Assembly: GCF_000743755.1 (NCBI RefSeq)
Contig: NW_014569529.1
Coordinates: 1 to 64,000, forward strand
Source: Blastocystis sp. subtype 4
Lineage: Eukaryota
Direction of reading: 5' to 3'
Length of the DNA: 64,000 nt
Notes under the pieces: generated by a model
The model's database searches: none
Told to the model about the DNA's origin: nothing
What the model saw: the letters and a program-made list of their open reading frames with translations, nothing else
Program-made: the position numbers and the translations under genes
Shown here: piece after piece, positions 1-13,579 of the stretch
Position numbering within the stretch: position 1 is the stretch's first letter
Layout of the letters: the number at the start of each line of letters is the position of its first letter

Positions 1-1
1 C

Positions 2-169
<168 letters not shown>

Positions 170-193
170 GTCGTTTGACTGCAGAGTAGTGAT

Positions 194-201
194 TGTTTGT
201 T
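194..201 (+). terminator. TGTTTGTT 3'-end/polyadenylation motif of the cysteine protease gene
   Basis: Exact motif 24 nt after the stop; matches the known Blastocystis poly(A)-site downstream motif. Confidence 0.8.
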
Positions 202-221
202 TACAATAAAATAGATCAAAT

Positions 222-229
222 AACAAACA
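222..229 (-). terminator. TGTTTGTT 3'-end motif of the LRR-like gene
   Basis: AACAAACA on +, 10 nt beyond the minus-strand TAA at 242-240. Confidence 0.8.
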
Positions 230-239
230 TAATTATCTG

Positions 240-3200
240 TTATTGAAAGAGTGCTGATATATGTATTGTTGGGTCCGAGGTAAAGCTATATGTTAGGAAA
301 TTACCACAAGCAATACATTTTCTAAGATCATTAGAACAAGACAGAAGAGAAAAACAACCACTCTCAAATGATACAAGACGAATAATGGGTGGAATCACAA
401 GCTCTTTACATTGAATCAATGACCAATTACCAATCACAAGTTCATGAAGAGAAGACAGAGCTACAATCTCATCCTTCCTCAATTCTTACCTGACAAATTA
501 AGGCATCTACATCGATTAAAGCAACAAGATCCCTGCTCCCAGGATCCATCACCTGACGCAAACCCTATTCTGAGTGAGGACAATGCCGGTAAGCCTCGAA
601 GGATTAAGGAGGAGCCTCGAATACAAGAATGGTGCTTGAAGTTGATTTGCTTTAGATTAGGACAGTTCGTGATATGAATCTCCAAAGGATCGCCAGAACC
701 CATAAGAGTAGAACCAAACTCCTCAGCAGTACAGTCACAAAACGGCAAAAATACAATCGATTGAACTCTCTGAAATGATGATAAATCCAGTTTGCGTGTA
801 TGAAGCAAAGAACCAGGACAGAATATGATTTCTCGTACATAGTTGAAAGTAGTTGGAGAAGGCTCTTCCATCATGTCTAATATCACTAGACTTGATTCCA
901 TCACAGTAACATCTAAATCACTTAGATATGACTTTGGATAGAGTGATAAACCCCATCGTAATGAATAGACATAATCAGAGAGTTGACATGATCGGCCATC
1001 CCATTCTGTCACCATCGTTTCATTGGAGTTCACTTTCCCTCGAACAAAGTGAATACGATCATCTTCTCCTGAGAGAAGATTTCGTATCTGACGATCTGAA
1101 ATAGTTGTGAGGAATGAAAACCGATGTTTGAAAGCTGGATTCAGACATGATCGAAAGAAATCAGGATTGAGCTCAGGTGAATAACAAGGGAAGCGAGTGT
1201 ACGAATGATAGTTCACAATATTATTCTCTGTGAAGATACAACTTGTTTGATCAAAGAGAACTGGACTGAATTCTGTTGTCGTAGTCTCTGATTCATCTTC
1301 CAATAGTCGAACTGTCTCTGTAGATTTTGACAGATATAAAGGTAATGATGATGATGCGTCCAGTGATTCATCAAGAGTTTCATTGAAATCATAGACTACC
1401 ATACTGTTTTCAGATAATGGTGGTATTGTTGAAGATTGATCCCCATTAGTCTCATATCTCAAAGATCCTGCTATTACATAAACGTTCTTCAGAGTTTGAT
1501 TCGTTATTATCACATCTGAAGATGAACCACAACATCCCTTTTCAATTCTTAACAGACAAGGAGATTGGAGATCTATCAATGAGGAATCACATCATGATTC
1601 ACAATCAATAATCAACAACTGTGTACTATGAAAGGCATTCTGATAGAGAACAAGATGAGTCAGGTCCATACAAGACTTAATTGAGAATTCGAAACATGTA
1701 TGAAAACACCAACTGCCTATATCAATAGATTGTAAATGAGGTAGATCTGATAATGAGAAGATAAGTGGTAGCATACTCTGTAGAGACAATGAATTACATC
1801 GTTCAAAACAACTGACAGACAGTTCACTTGGTGCTCGTGATATGATTCCAATCGACAAGACATTCAAAACAGGGCAATCTAAATCTCATCATTTTTCCTT
1901 CTCACATACTTTGAAGAATCAAAGATGAAAAGGAACGACAAGAACGTGCACCAATCACTACAATTTGTAATTCCTTACAGGATTCAATATGAACAATTCC
2001 TTCATTAATTTCATCCATTCCAGAAAAAGTATCATTTTCAAACATGATATGAGCAAGAAGAGGACAATTCATGATCTTTATGACACGTACATCCACTAAC
2101 GAATTCTGTTTCACAAGGAACCTTTTCACATTGAGTAATTGGATAACTAAGTCTGTCTGTCGAAGTTGGAACTGTTCTGGTACTACCAAATACTCAACAC
2201 TTTTTGAAAGACAATGAGTTGATTCCATCAGAGTCCAGTTATCAAGTATCTCTTCAACTGTTGAATGCATCTTCAAGAAGTTACATAACTCTTTGAGACA
2301 TCCTATTCGTAATTCCTTGATATCAAATATACCATAACAGAATGAAGTTTTCAGATTACTGAATACATTTGCAGGCGTCTCTTTGATATGAATGTCAGCT
2401 GTAAACCCTTGTAATCGTTTTAAATCTAATTATGGGTTGATTTGAACATCAGTACTTCGTAGAGACAAGTGATCTGTATAATAGAAAGAGGTTGTATCCA
2501 TAAGGAACGATTGAACACATGGAAGATTATGAAGCGATAAGTCCTTACAGAATAACAATGATCCATAACCAAAATGAAGATTGAATAATGTAGGAAGATC
2601 TAAAATTCATGGAATATCTGGAATACCACTTTTCAAGATACATTTGGAGGTGTTGAAAAAAGCCATATTTCCGATTTCAATTTCTTGAATACTTGGTAAG
2701 TCTATATCTCATCCTTCTCCATTAACATACCTTGAATCACAAGCTTTGTAGCATAGTAGAAGTTACAACTATTCTGATACGCTTGAATTTTTGGAATTAC
2801 AGATCCAATCCCAATTTTCTTAAGTCGAGGGAGATCTGGATCTTAGATTCATTATTCATCCTCACTCTCTAGAATAAGTCCATCATTTAGTACAAAACAC
2901 CATGGTTCGATAATGAGAGAAATGAGATTAGGACAGTCCTGGATAATGACAGTAGGATCACTACGTAACGGTGTTTGAGGAAGAAGAGCAGGATATGCAT
3001 CATAGAAACAATTGTAACCAACATGTACTGATTCTAAGAATGGACAAGATATGAGTGAAAATGAATGGATTTGTTGACATGAATTCCGTTGAATGGTTAA
3101 TGAGTGAATGACTTGGAACAGATCCAACGGTACAGACTCGATATAGTTGAAGAACGATGGGATCTTCAGTGATTGTAAAGCTTTGGATCCTGAGAGTGGA

Positions 3201-5899
3201 CTTGACTGAGAAGACTTCAGATCCTCTTGTGGACAGTATGCCCCTGAAAGTGGCATTGCTGAAGAGAATGGCTGAAATACACCTCTCTCCTGGTCAGGTA
3301 ATAGGATTGATAGATCCTCCTCATTCGAATTCAGTATTGAAGATCTATCCTCAGACTGTTGAATAAGAAGCATGGTTGTTTCATTGATTGTAGGAAGATG
3401 AAGAGTCAAATAACATGAAGAACACAGATCTGCAATTCATCACGGTTATCCTCACTTACTCCAATAACCAATCATTTTCACTTTCTCTAATGCATGTTGA
3501 TGCACTATCCACTTAGTTAACTTCGGTAGATCTTGGAGTACCATAGCAATCAATCCTTGACCACAATACTGTCCAAGAGAGAGAAACTGGAGTGATGGGA
3601 GATTGTAAAATAGAAGTTCGATTGAAGCACCAAATACATACGATCCGAGACGAAGATCACGAAGGGAAGGAAGATCTAACAGGGAATCTATGATGACAAG
3701 AGTACTTTGAAACACGGGGAATTGACAATAATAGAAACACATTGCACTCACACTATCCGAACCAATAATACATTCTTCTAACACAGGTAGGTCTACAGAT
3801 CAGTCTTCTATTCTCCTCCTCCTACTCTTCAACTCAAAATGAACTACATCCTGCAAACTTCCATTTCCAATCGAAATAGACTTAAGAGAGGGACAATTAA
3901 CAACTTTAAATGACTTTTGTTGTGTGATAACTGAAGAACCATACTGAGAACTCCATACACATGTCTCTTCAGTACGTCTGCAACGAGTGAAACAGTCTTC
4001 ATCAATTCGTAAAGTGAGTAGAGATGGAAGATTGCTGAAGGATATAACTGATGCATCTGGTTTGACCATTTTTGTAATACGCAAGTGTTGAAGGAGTGGA
4101 AAGGAAGTAATAACAAATGGAGAAGGAGATGATATGACAGAAGAAGTGATGAAGGAGTCACAAATAGTAAGGTCACTAGCATAACATTTGTATGGAGTAG
4201 AATCAAATCGAGTATCATCTAGAGTCACTATGAATGAAGAATAAACCCAGATAGTACTAATGCCACCAATACCATATGTCTCTGAACCAACTGAGAATTT
4301 CGTTTCTATGGACAATTCGCATATTCATTCATACCTGGAGTCGAGTCTGTAATCAGGATACAATGAGATGAGAGGATCATTGAAGAGAAGGGTTTTTCAG
4401 GAGTAGCTGAGACACGAATCAAGTGACAATTTGATAGAGCCGTAGCATGTTGACTGATCCAATTCAGAAGAGGACAGTCTATATCAAAGGAAATAATTGG
4501 ATATACGATCAACAATGAATACTTCACAATTTCGAAGCGAAGAATCATGAAGAATGATTTGTTCAAGTACAGAAAGATTAGAGAGAGTAATCTGTGTACA
4601 ATTCTCCAGACACATATAGCCAATGGATAACTTCATTAAGAAAGGAAATCCACGTAATTCTAATTGTACTGGGGTGTCAAAAGAACATGACAATAATAAC
4701 CGTTGAATAAAATGAGGTAATTCATGAAGAGCATTATCAACAGAATGAAATAAACCCCAGATAAGATAAGATCGATCAAAACCTATTATGTCTGTAATAT
4801 CTTCGTTTCCATAAGAAATACGCACATTATCATATGCTTCACCTTCAGGATCATATCCTTTTCCACGAACCAATCGGCCTTGCTTCCAATAACCTTCAAT
4901 TTCCTTATTTCGTTCATAATCACTATGAGAATATACAGTACCATTTCCATTCCATGCAAATAACGAATCAAATGAATTCACATATTCACCACAATAAACA
5001 CGTCCATTATCACATATCTCTCGCATCAATAAATTATCAAACACTTTCAAAATACCTTGACTCATCAATTCGTCATTCTTCATTACAACCAGACGTGATG
5101 GATAACTTTGATAAGTACCTGATTCCTGTAAACGAGGATAAATTGCTACTAATCCATGCTTCATTAGATGGTTATGATGTAAACGATAATTGCAACAGTA
5201 TTTCTCATTAGACTCTTCAAGAATGATATAATCTGATGTGAAGATTGGTTGAACGAATGAATGAAGAGAATAGAAGAATGGTTCAAAAGAAGAAGAGAGT
5301 AACCAATGAATTGGATGACGCTTCGAGCCATAACAGAAACTTAACTCTTCTTCTCCTCTAGTGAATTCTGACACAAGTCCGTATTGATAACCATGAATTG
5401 TATGTTCATAACAATATGTATTCGAATCTAAATCTTTTCGTTGAATCAACTTCACATCGTGATCACGAATCAGGATCTGTTGTTCACCACTTATCATATC
5501 ATCCATATATTCCACATCAGTTCCTAGATCGTGAAACTCCATGGATACTATCCCAGGATGATCTCCTTCTCTTGATACTGTGGCATCTCCTATTATCTTT
5601 CCATTCTGTATATAGCATGTAATATAGCAGTTTTCGTTTATCTCTTGCCCTTCATTCCTTTCAGTTTGTGTCTTTTGTGTAGAGATCTTCGCTTTCATAA
5701 CTGTTTGTACTGGATAACGATCTAACAATTCTACTAATTACATCTGAATACAAATAATACGGCATATTGGATTCATCGGACAATGATCTTGTTTCTGCTT
5801 TAATTTAATGGGTACCGATTTCTCAATATCTGGTTGTACGATCCCAAATAATAAAGAAGCGTTATAGGCATCCTCATTAAAAGTGAGCATGTTCTGCAT
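240..5899 (-). CDS. Large leucine-rich-repeat (BspA-like) protein with N-terminal MORN-like segment, 13 predicted introns, about 1750 aa
   Basis: ORF fragments join in frame through 28-33 nt GT-AG introns (5731-5760, 4479-4506, 4306-4334, 3793-3825, 3676-3705, 3430-3459, 2836-2865, 2702-2730, 2600-2629, 2426-2455, 1879-1909, 1747-1776, 1573-1602, 461-489; two are in-frame without stops and less certain). Repeats of type N/D-L/C-P-x-L-x-x-L-x-I-G-x-x-C-F. MORN-like YCGEY..WNGNGTVY..EGYWKQG near the N-terminus. Confidence 0.75.
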
Positions 5900-5982
5900 A
5901 TTTCGTCGACCGTCTTCTTTCTTTCGACCTCCTATAGAGATTTCCTAGAATATACAAGAACCGAAATAAACAGCATGAAAAC

Positions 5983-5990
5983 AACAAACA
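5983..5990 (-). terminator. TGTTTGTT 3'-end motif of the STEEP1/UPF0235-like gene
   Basis: Exact motif 5 nt after the TGA at 5998-5996. Confidence 0.8.
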
Positions 5991-5995
5991 GAGAA

Positions 5996-6925
5996 TCATG
6001 GTACAAAATCCTTAATTCGAAGGTATACCTCTTCATAATCCATTCCTTCGACCCGTAATGCGAACCCATCATCTTCCAATCCCAAAGAAAGGTTCAGATA
6101 CGAAATATCCATCAAGGAACTGAAGAAGTGGATGAGCAACTTGTTGGCCTTTCCCTCATCCTCGTATGCACCTTATCCTCAACTTCCTTCCATACTCTTA
6201 CTTTTCATTGAAACGAAAAGCCGTTTGTCGTCAAACCCGGTGATACAGTTCGAATCTTGGTTGTACTTGACATCGAGATAGATTATAGTACTCTTCGATG
6301 GGTCATCAGGATCACGCTAGAATAAATCGAACTACAAAGAGCATACTCGAATAAATGACGGAATCCTCAATTTGTATTTTCTCATTTCATGAACCATAAT
6401 ATCAGGATCAATTGTTGTACTTCCTTTGACAATATAAAAGAATCTGAAATTAACAAATAGAGTTGATTTCTACGGACTAGGCTCTCCTGGAGGAGTTTGA
6501 CGATATGCAATCAATAATTTACAATGGTTACAATACAGCCGACACTGTCGCTCCAATCCATCGTCTCTATTCATCAACTCCAACAAGCGACATCACCTTC
6601 GAATATATGTATCACCACCATAATTCAATGAGTATTTAAAGTCTGTTTCATCCTCCTAAAGCTTCAACTTCCTTAAGCGTCACTACTTTCACGACTCTGG
6701 ACATATCTCGTTTGCGAATTGGAAAAGCCTCAATAGGTTTTGCTAAATAAGAGGAAATAAAGGATGCCTACGCAGAAGTAGCACATACTCTCCACAATAC
6801 TTGCAAAAACATACACACATATTTCGAATCAAAAGAGGATCCATATCTCCAGGATATTCCTTCAGGATGCATTCCATTCGTTTCCGTTCATTCTGCATGT
6901 AATAATCAACAGGAATCATTACCAT
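5996..6925 (-). CDS. STEEP1/CXorf56-like domain fused to a DUF167/UPF0235 (YggU-like) domain, multi-exon
   Basis: Spliced translation CKYCGEYVLLLPKPIEAFPIRKRDMSRVV...YIRRDDGLERQCRLYCNHCKLLIAYR resembles CXorf56. C-terminal ...AYEDEGKANKLLIHFFSSLMDI...RVEGMDYEEVYLRIKDFVP* resembles DUF167 (GxAN motif). About 30-nt GT-AG introns. Confidence 0.75.
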
Positions 6926-6963
6926 TGCTACTTATAACAAAAATGGAAGAGTAACGAAAAGGA

Positions 6964-8524
6964 TTATGACGATTTCTTCTTCAAATCTTTCAAGTATTGC
7001 TTCCAGTTCTTCTGGATACGTTCAATAAACGTATCGACATCCTCTTTACTAATACCAATAGCAGCTGCAGCAGTGAAATATGCATGAGGGTAATTATCAC
7101 AGTGTCCACCATAATTTTCAAATGTATATTCACCGATGGACTTCTTATTGTGATGACCCACACATCGCGCTCCAGAAACGCCTCGTGTGTAGAGCATAGC
7201 ACCAAAACGTGTAATATCAGCGTCCGTATATTGAAATTCATGTTTACGAGCTTCTTCATCTTTATGTTCAGCATTCTCATATTCCATCTCTATTGGTTTA
7301 TCCAACGTTACAGCTAACGAGATCGGATTGTTTGGTGTATCCAATATCCTCTGACCATATTGCTCTGCGACGGCTGCTAATCGATCACGAAGATAATCAT
7401 AACACTCTTCCCGACGCTTTAAATATTCCAAAAGCTTCCTCTTTCCCATACTTAACAGGGTAATGAACACATCCAGAATAGGAGACATGCTGGCTCGACC
7501 AGGATAATTCTTTCGCACAATATCAATACTATTGTGAGATGGACTATACACTAGAGCACCTCCAACAGGAACTAGCATATTCTTATCCGTCGAGCTTACA
7601 AGAAGATCCACTCGACCAACCCGAATTGCACGATTAATAGCTTTGCAAACAACACTACTCTGCAGACCATATGCATTGTTCACTAAAACGGGTATTTCAA
7701 ACTCTTTAGCAAGTTTGCTCACTCCAACAATGTCATCAGGAAGACGAGGAGCAAAAACCGAGGTTGTTGGAATGATGCACAGAATAGAAGAAGCAGAAGT
7801 CGTTTCGAGAACCGATCGCAACATTTGGATATCTGTAGCTAATTCATCTCCTTGAATACGCGGCTGGATAATAATTGGCTTCAGTCCACATGTTAAGATA
7901 CTCTTTAGACATGTCTTCTGATCAACACGGAACCACACAACATATTGGGCTTCCGGACGTTGTTGACGAAGCGAGAGAAGACATAAGCTAATCGACATGC
8001 CAGTAGCTAACGGGAGAACTAGTCCATCTTTCACTTCACTAATTCCACATGTATGGATGAAATCAATAGACATCTTTCGAGTCAACTCACAGATAATGGA
8101 AGAACCGGCTGCTTTTGGCTACAAATGACATTTTGGCGAATGAAGTACTTGAATTGCAGCAACATCACCAGCTCGTCCAATTCCATGAGCCAAATGATAA
8201 TGCCGTTGAGCGACCTACTCATCAATTGACCTTTTCAATAGAACAAGAGTGCTTTCAACTCGTCCTTCTCGTTCACCAACTCCACTATTATGTAAAAAGT
8301 TGTTACTGTCCATTAACGAGAGATCATTCAAGAAGAATCTATTCATGAGAATGATACCTTCAAATATACTCTATCGATTGATCATCCCAACCAATCTCAG
8401 GTATCTTCTTGTGAGAAAGTAGTTCGGTTACCTGCTTCTCCCTTCGTTTGATAGCATCTCTGCCTTGATCTACATATGTTGATGGTATCAATTCTTTTGC
8501 CAACTCAAAGTTCTTATCGTTCAT
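6964..8524 (-). CDS. SEPSECS: O-phosphoseryl-tRNA(Sec) selenium transferase (SepSecS), 3 introns in the 5' part
   Basis: Spliced N-terminus [21 protein letters not shown]...[35 protein letters not shown]...[26 protein letters not shown], followed by [22 protein letters not shown] and the PLP-lysine motif [13 protein letters not shown], then YPGRAS. Confidence 0.96.
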
Positions 8525-8553
8525 GAGTTTAATGACCTACAACCAATGACAAC

Positions 8554-8561
8554 AACAAACA
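8554..8561 (-). terminator. TGTTTGTT 3'-end motif of the URB2-like gene
   Basis: Exact motif 24 nt after the TAG at 8588-8586 and about 30 nt before the SEPSECS ATG. Confidence 0.8.
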
Positions 8562-8585
8562 TATCTCATAAATGATAGACCGTTC

Positions 8586-11500
8586 CTATACTTGTCCGTG
8601 ATATCGATGCTCCTTATTGTAGTTCTCATACAATCCTCGTAAGATATCTCGTTTTGCTGGAGTTAACTGAACATTTACCTGTTTTACAGCATCACGAGTA
8701 CAAATTAAGGAACTATACTCATTTCATTTCCTAAGGATATCCGCACAAATCAAATATATCATTAAAGATATCAATAAACACAACACTATTGATATTTGCA
8801 GTGTCTTTCAACTTCAACAGAATCACATTACTATTCTCTTCTCCAAGCATATTACAGAGCAAGTACAATGAAGGAATCATAATTAAATAGATAAAAGGAT
8901 ATATTCACACAATAGTACTTATACATCAAGGGTTTGGTTAACATTTTGGTAGTGATGGATTTCATCATATTCACATATACACTACAGACTTTTGAATCAA
9001 TCTCATGAATAATTTGTTTAAACATAGTTGAATAGAGTATAAAAATGGTTGTCATGATGTTAGCAATACTGTATGTTGTGATATTCTCTCCCAAATTCAT
9101 AACACTAAGAAGCAGAGAACAACACAATGAATAGATTGAAGGATTCGAAGAAGCAAACCACTTCTAGAAATAAGAATAGAGAGTCAATAGTACTGGATAT
9201 AAACTCGTCACTTCAAATAGTAGTGACAATTCCGTTCCTTTGATACGACCTGAATATCGACTCACCACTAGAAGTCAATCTGATCATTCATAACGACCTT
9301 CATGAAGAGTCTCCAAACAAGTTTGAATAAGTTCTATATTCTCCTTCTGATCCAAAATTAATCGCACTAGAAGTCAAAGAGAATTCTCACAAATACCGTT
9401 CTTACTGATCATGAGAGGAATATGAGTGTAGAAGGATTCATCCCGACATTGCAATCCACTCAGCAACAACTGATTCATAAGAGATACAGTACATGTCTCC
9501 TGGGTAGGAATAGTCAACACAGCTTCAAGGAAGGATTGACTGACTACAGGAGACTGAGATAGAAGTAATTGAGATTGAGTAATCAGAGGAATCATTAATT
9601 GAAGAGTTGAAGTGAAACATAAGTCGAAACGAGAGGAAGGAGAAGGATGATACTTCTCATGTTGATCATCCACCGTTAACTATCCATGGAATAAGAATGA
9701 GAATCTTACATATGCTAATACTTGAAGAATGGATGAACATGCAATCTCACAATAGACTCCCAGACAACTACAAATACTCCACTGCCAAGCTCGTAAATCT
9801 CTCTCGCGTACCTCCATAGGCTTCAATAGTGCATTCATCTCCTCTTCCAAATACTGACGGCAAGACTGAAGAGAGATTCCTCGTTCAGTAAGGACATGTT
9901 TGAGATCAAGAGAATCCGTAGCTGTGATCGAAGCATTCACAATCAGCAGCATCAGATAACACCCAAAAGAGATGGTATTCGTATGGATCAATGGTTTCAA
10001 AGCTTCTATCAGGGCTTCCAATAAGGATGATGGGATCATTTGATCCTCATCCTTCTTCGCTATAGGAATAACACTCTGAGGTCTCTTAAAGGCTAGTTGT
10101 TTGGTAAACGCATGAGCAATCCAGTGTATTTGATCCACTGAACCTCCTGTAAGTATTTGCTGTAAGAAGTCAAGAATGCAAGAGTCATTGTCTGTGTCAT
10201 CATTCAATCCTATTCTTACGATATGTCTCAGGGATACTTTCAGAGGCCTGTGCGGCAGCCAGATATGCACAGCAGTCTGTAGTTGTTACAGAAGACAACT
10301 TCTCCATGGGATACTTACGATCCAACAAATAACGACACAAGGCAAATGGACGATAACGTGCTTCTTTCACAAAGAACAAATTCCAAGGAGCTTGGCAGGC
10401 TCCTTCCTCAGATGACACTTCTGTGAAGAAAATGGAATGAAGGAACTCCTGATCAAAGCATACAAGGATATTAGTCGTAGAACTGTTGACGATCTGAATC
10501 ACGCCAATAAGAAGAAGGGAAAGCTACAAGAAGACTCACATAATGGGCAGATTGGAAATCATTGAATGGAAGTGCCTGAAGGAAACTACTCTCTAGTTGC
10601 CGAGCTGTGATGGCTCGGAGACGCGCCAGAAGAATTTCACAACCTAAATATCAGAACCAAGAGAATGAATATACAAATATCACGCAATGGACGGATCTCA
10701 TAGAAGAAGGAAGAACGGAGGAGTTGTTGTCGATAACAAGGTGTCCGTGCTGGATATAACAGACAGGGGCAGGGAACCAAGAGACATTGCATGATAGTAT
10801 GAGCAGCTTCTACAGGAAGGTATTGAAGGAGCAAAGCTAGATGTGTGAGTACCATACGATATGGATCTGTCACTAAGCACTATTCATAAAGCAATCCTCT
10901 TATGCTAACATCACTCTCTTCGTGTTTGAAACAACTCGTATAGAGATTGGTAGCAATACTTTCACATTCAGATTTCACACTCTCCTTTCCTGCTTTCACG
11001 TACTTGTCAAGTAGTACCAATCGCTCCACACTTAAAGGAATGACCAACTCTTGAAGTGAGTTCACTTCTTGCTGCAAAGTCCTTTCCAACTCATCATCCT
11101 TCCTTCCATCCTGAACGATTTGAGAAATTTGTTTATTGAAGAGAGAGGTAAAGAGAGAAGGGGCTTCATCACCGAAATAGTATTCCTTGAGAGAGATATT
11201 CATGTTGCTCTGGGACTGTTCTAGAGTACCTCCATAATGAATAGGAGTGAAGATAGAGATCTGACGCTCAACAGCGAATAAATCAATGAGAAGGAGCATA
11301 TAAACACGGAACAGACTAGAAATAAGACGGATTAGTGGAACTGACGAGGGATTTGGTTGAAGGAGTAACTGATTGATGATAATGTCACCAACTGTTTCTC
11401 GTACATCTGCTACAAACACCTTCAGGGAGGCATAGTTCACTTCATTGATGAGGCAAGTACGAAGAAGACTGCGAAGATAGCTCACAGCCACCAAGACCAC

Positions 11501-13485
11501 CTGAGGATGACTAGGGATGAAAGAGAGACTGAAAGGAGTACGAGGTATCAACAACAAAGTGAAAGAGACATGTCAGAATGCTGGAAATTTGGAGAGGAAG
11601 GATCTGTCGAGCCAATTGTTCCAAGCATTGCGTCACTGTATCACTCACATAGATCGATTGAAGATTCTTCACTTCACTATGACTAAGAATCTCGGTAAAG
11701 GCCTTGTTGATGTCACGCATCTCAATAAATACACGGAAGATGGAACACTGCAGAGAAGCAGCTGGATCACTTGATTCTTCTGGATGGTTGTTCATGAAGG
11801 ATATGAGGAGAGGAAGAGAATCAATGACTAGAAGAGAGGAAAGACTGCAGCAGTATTGAAGACAGAGGAGAGCAGAACGATAAAGAGAGGAAGGAAGCGA
11901 TAATTGATTGAGAAGAGTCATAAAGGCTACAATATACTTAAAGAAGAGACTCTCTCCTGTGAGAGAGAATTCACCAACTGTAGAACAAGATGAAAGAACA
12001 GTCTCAAGCGAGAAGAGGGCAAAATGATAAGACGAACTATTAGAAGGAACTAAGGATTAGAAGAGACTTCAAATATGACGGAGAATACTACTGAGACTCT
12101 GAACCAGATCTATTAGAAGGATCTGGAAGTGAGAAATACTAGTAATATCATGATCACGCTTCCGATCCAGAGTGAAGGTGACTGGCTGGAGATGATGAAG
12201 TTGGCACTGCTCCCAAGAGATCATCACCACACTCTCCAACAGCCGTTTCACGCTTTCTAAATTACATGTCTCATCAAGATGTGTTATGAAGTCGTGAAGT
12301 ATCATCAAAACCATATTAATCATACAACGTGGTCGTTGCATGGGTTTGGCTCCTACTGACAGAATACAGTTCTCTACTACAGTAGTCTCGACGGAAGCCT
12401 CTGTCTTGACACGCTTGGATTCCGTTTCATCTTTTTCTAAGGATAACAAAGGATAGAGGTAACTACGGAAGAAGGAGAAGACACTGTGGAAGAATAAAGA
12501 GTTCTGGGAAATCTCCTTAAGGGCGTTTCGATTCATAGCCACGTGCTGCAGGAAGAAACGGAAACTAAGCGTACAGAGCTCCTGAAGAGGAGACTAGGAA
12601 TAAGAAGGAAGGAAAGAGATGACTGCAGAAGAGAGATGACTCCAAACAAAGAGGAATTGCTTGAGAGACTGGCAGATATCACCAATAACACGCTCATTCA
12701 ACTTGGAAGAAACACTTTGTCCGTAACTGCTTAGGAGAATGGAACCGAGTATAACAAAGAGATCTGAATTTGATGATAAAGCAAACACAGATGCAAGCTG
12801 TTCAGAAGGAAACGACAATGATCGAGTAACCGGATACTGGAGAATAAGACTGTGATAACGCTCTGCTTTCCGAACTAGATAAAAGACAGAAAGAAACGAT
12901 ACAGGAAAGAGAGCAATAGGTAGCGATCTCCTGAACAATAGACGATGCCGTACCACAAATGGTTGTCATGGTTAATGCAGTGAAAAGAAAAGTACGAGAT
13001 ATCTTTTGGATTTGTTGTTCATTTGGATTCTCTGACATCACCTGAATGCATTTCTGAACCAAATTGGATGCAGCACTCACCAATTCCTTCATCACGGATT
13101 CCTCCAATTCATTTTTGTATAACACTACTAATAGCAGATATTTCCACAGAAATCCGCGATCCATAAGATTTATATCCTCTTTCTGAGATAATCGCACCAT
13201 GTTCAAACACCTATTCCATAAAGAAAATAAAGCTCTCAAAATACCAGTGCTGAATTGTATCATGGACTTCATTCTCTGTAACCCCAGGATAGGAGACAAT
13301 TACGATTCTTTCTCTTTCATTCTCTCCCTTCTGGATGAAAATGAGCGATCGGATATTCGTCTTCAAAGACTACGCATATTAACCTAGAAATCGATACCTA
13401 CTTGCAGAGTCTCTTGATTTGGAAATCTCTTATAGTTGAACGTCTTTCGGACATTCACATAACAATCAAAAGAACCCTTGTCCAT
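8586..13485 (-). CDS. URB2: URB2/Npa2-like nucleolar ribosome-biogenesis protein (large alpha-helical, multi-exon)
   Basis: Leu-rich helical ORF fragments on one strand linked by short introns. C-terminus ...NDIFDFSLICTRDAVKQVNVQLTPAKRDILRGLYENYNKEHRYHGQV* resembles the Urb2 C-terminal domain. Internal YLPVE...SSFFYEIRPLR. Not every internal junction was verified. Confidence 0.6.
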
Positions 13486-13579
13486 GGCTATTTCGTGTTT
13501 CTGAATTGGGTCAACAAAATAGAGCCAATTTTCGGAATTTGATTACAAACAATCCAAAGGATAAAAGAAACACCAAGTA

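Noticed and set aside
8586..13485. FANCI/FANCD2 identity for the large helical gene
   Set aside because: Considered because of its helical Leu-rich composition, but the C-terminus fits Urb2 better and no FANC-specific motif was recognised.
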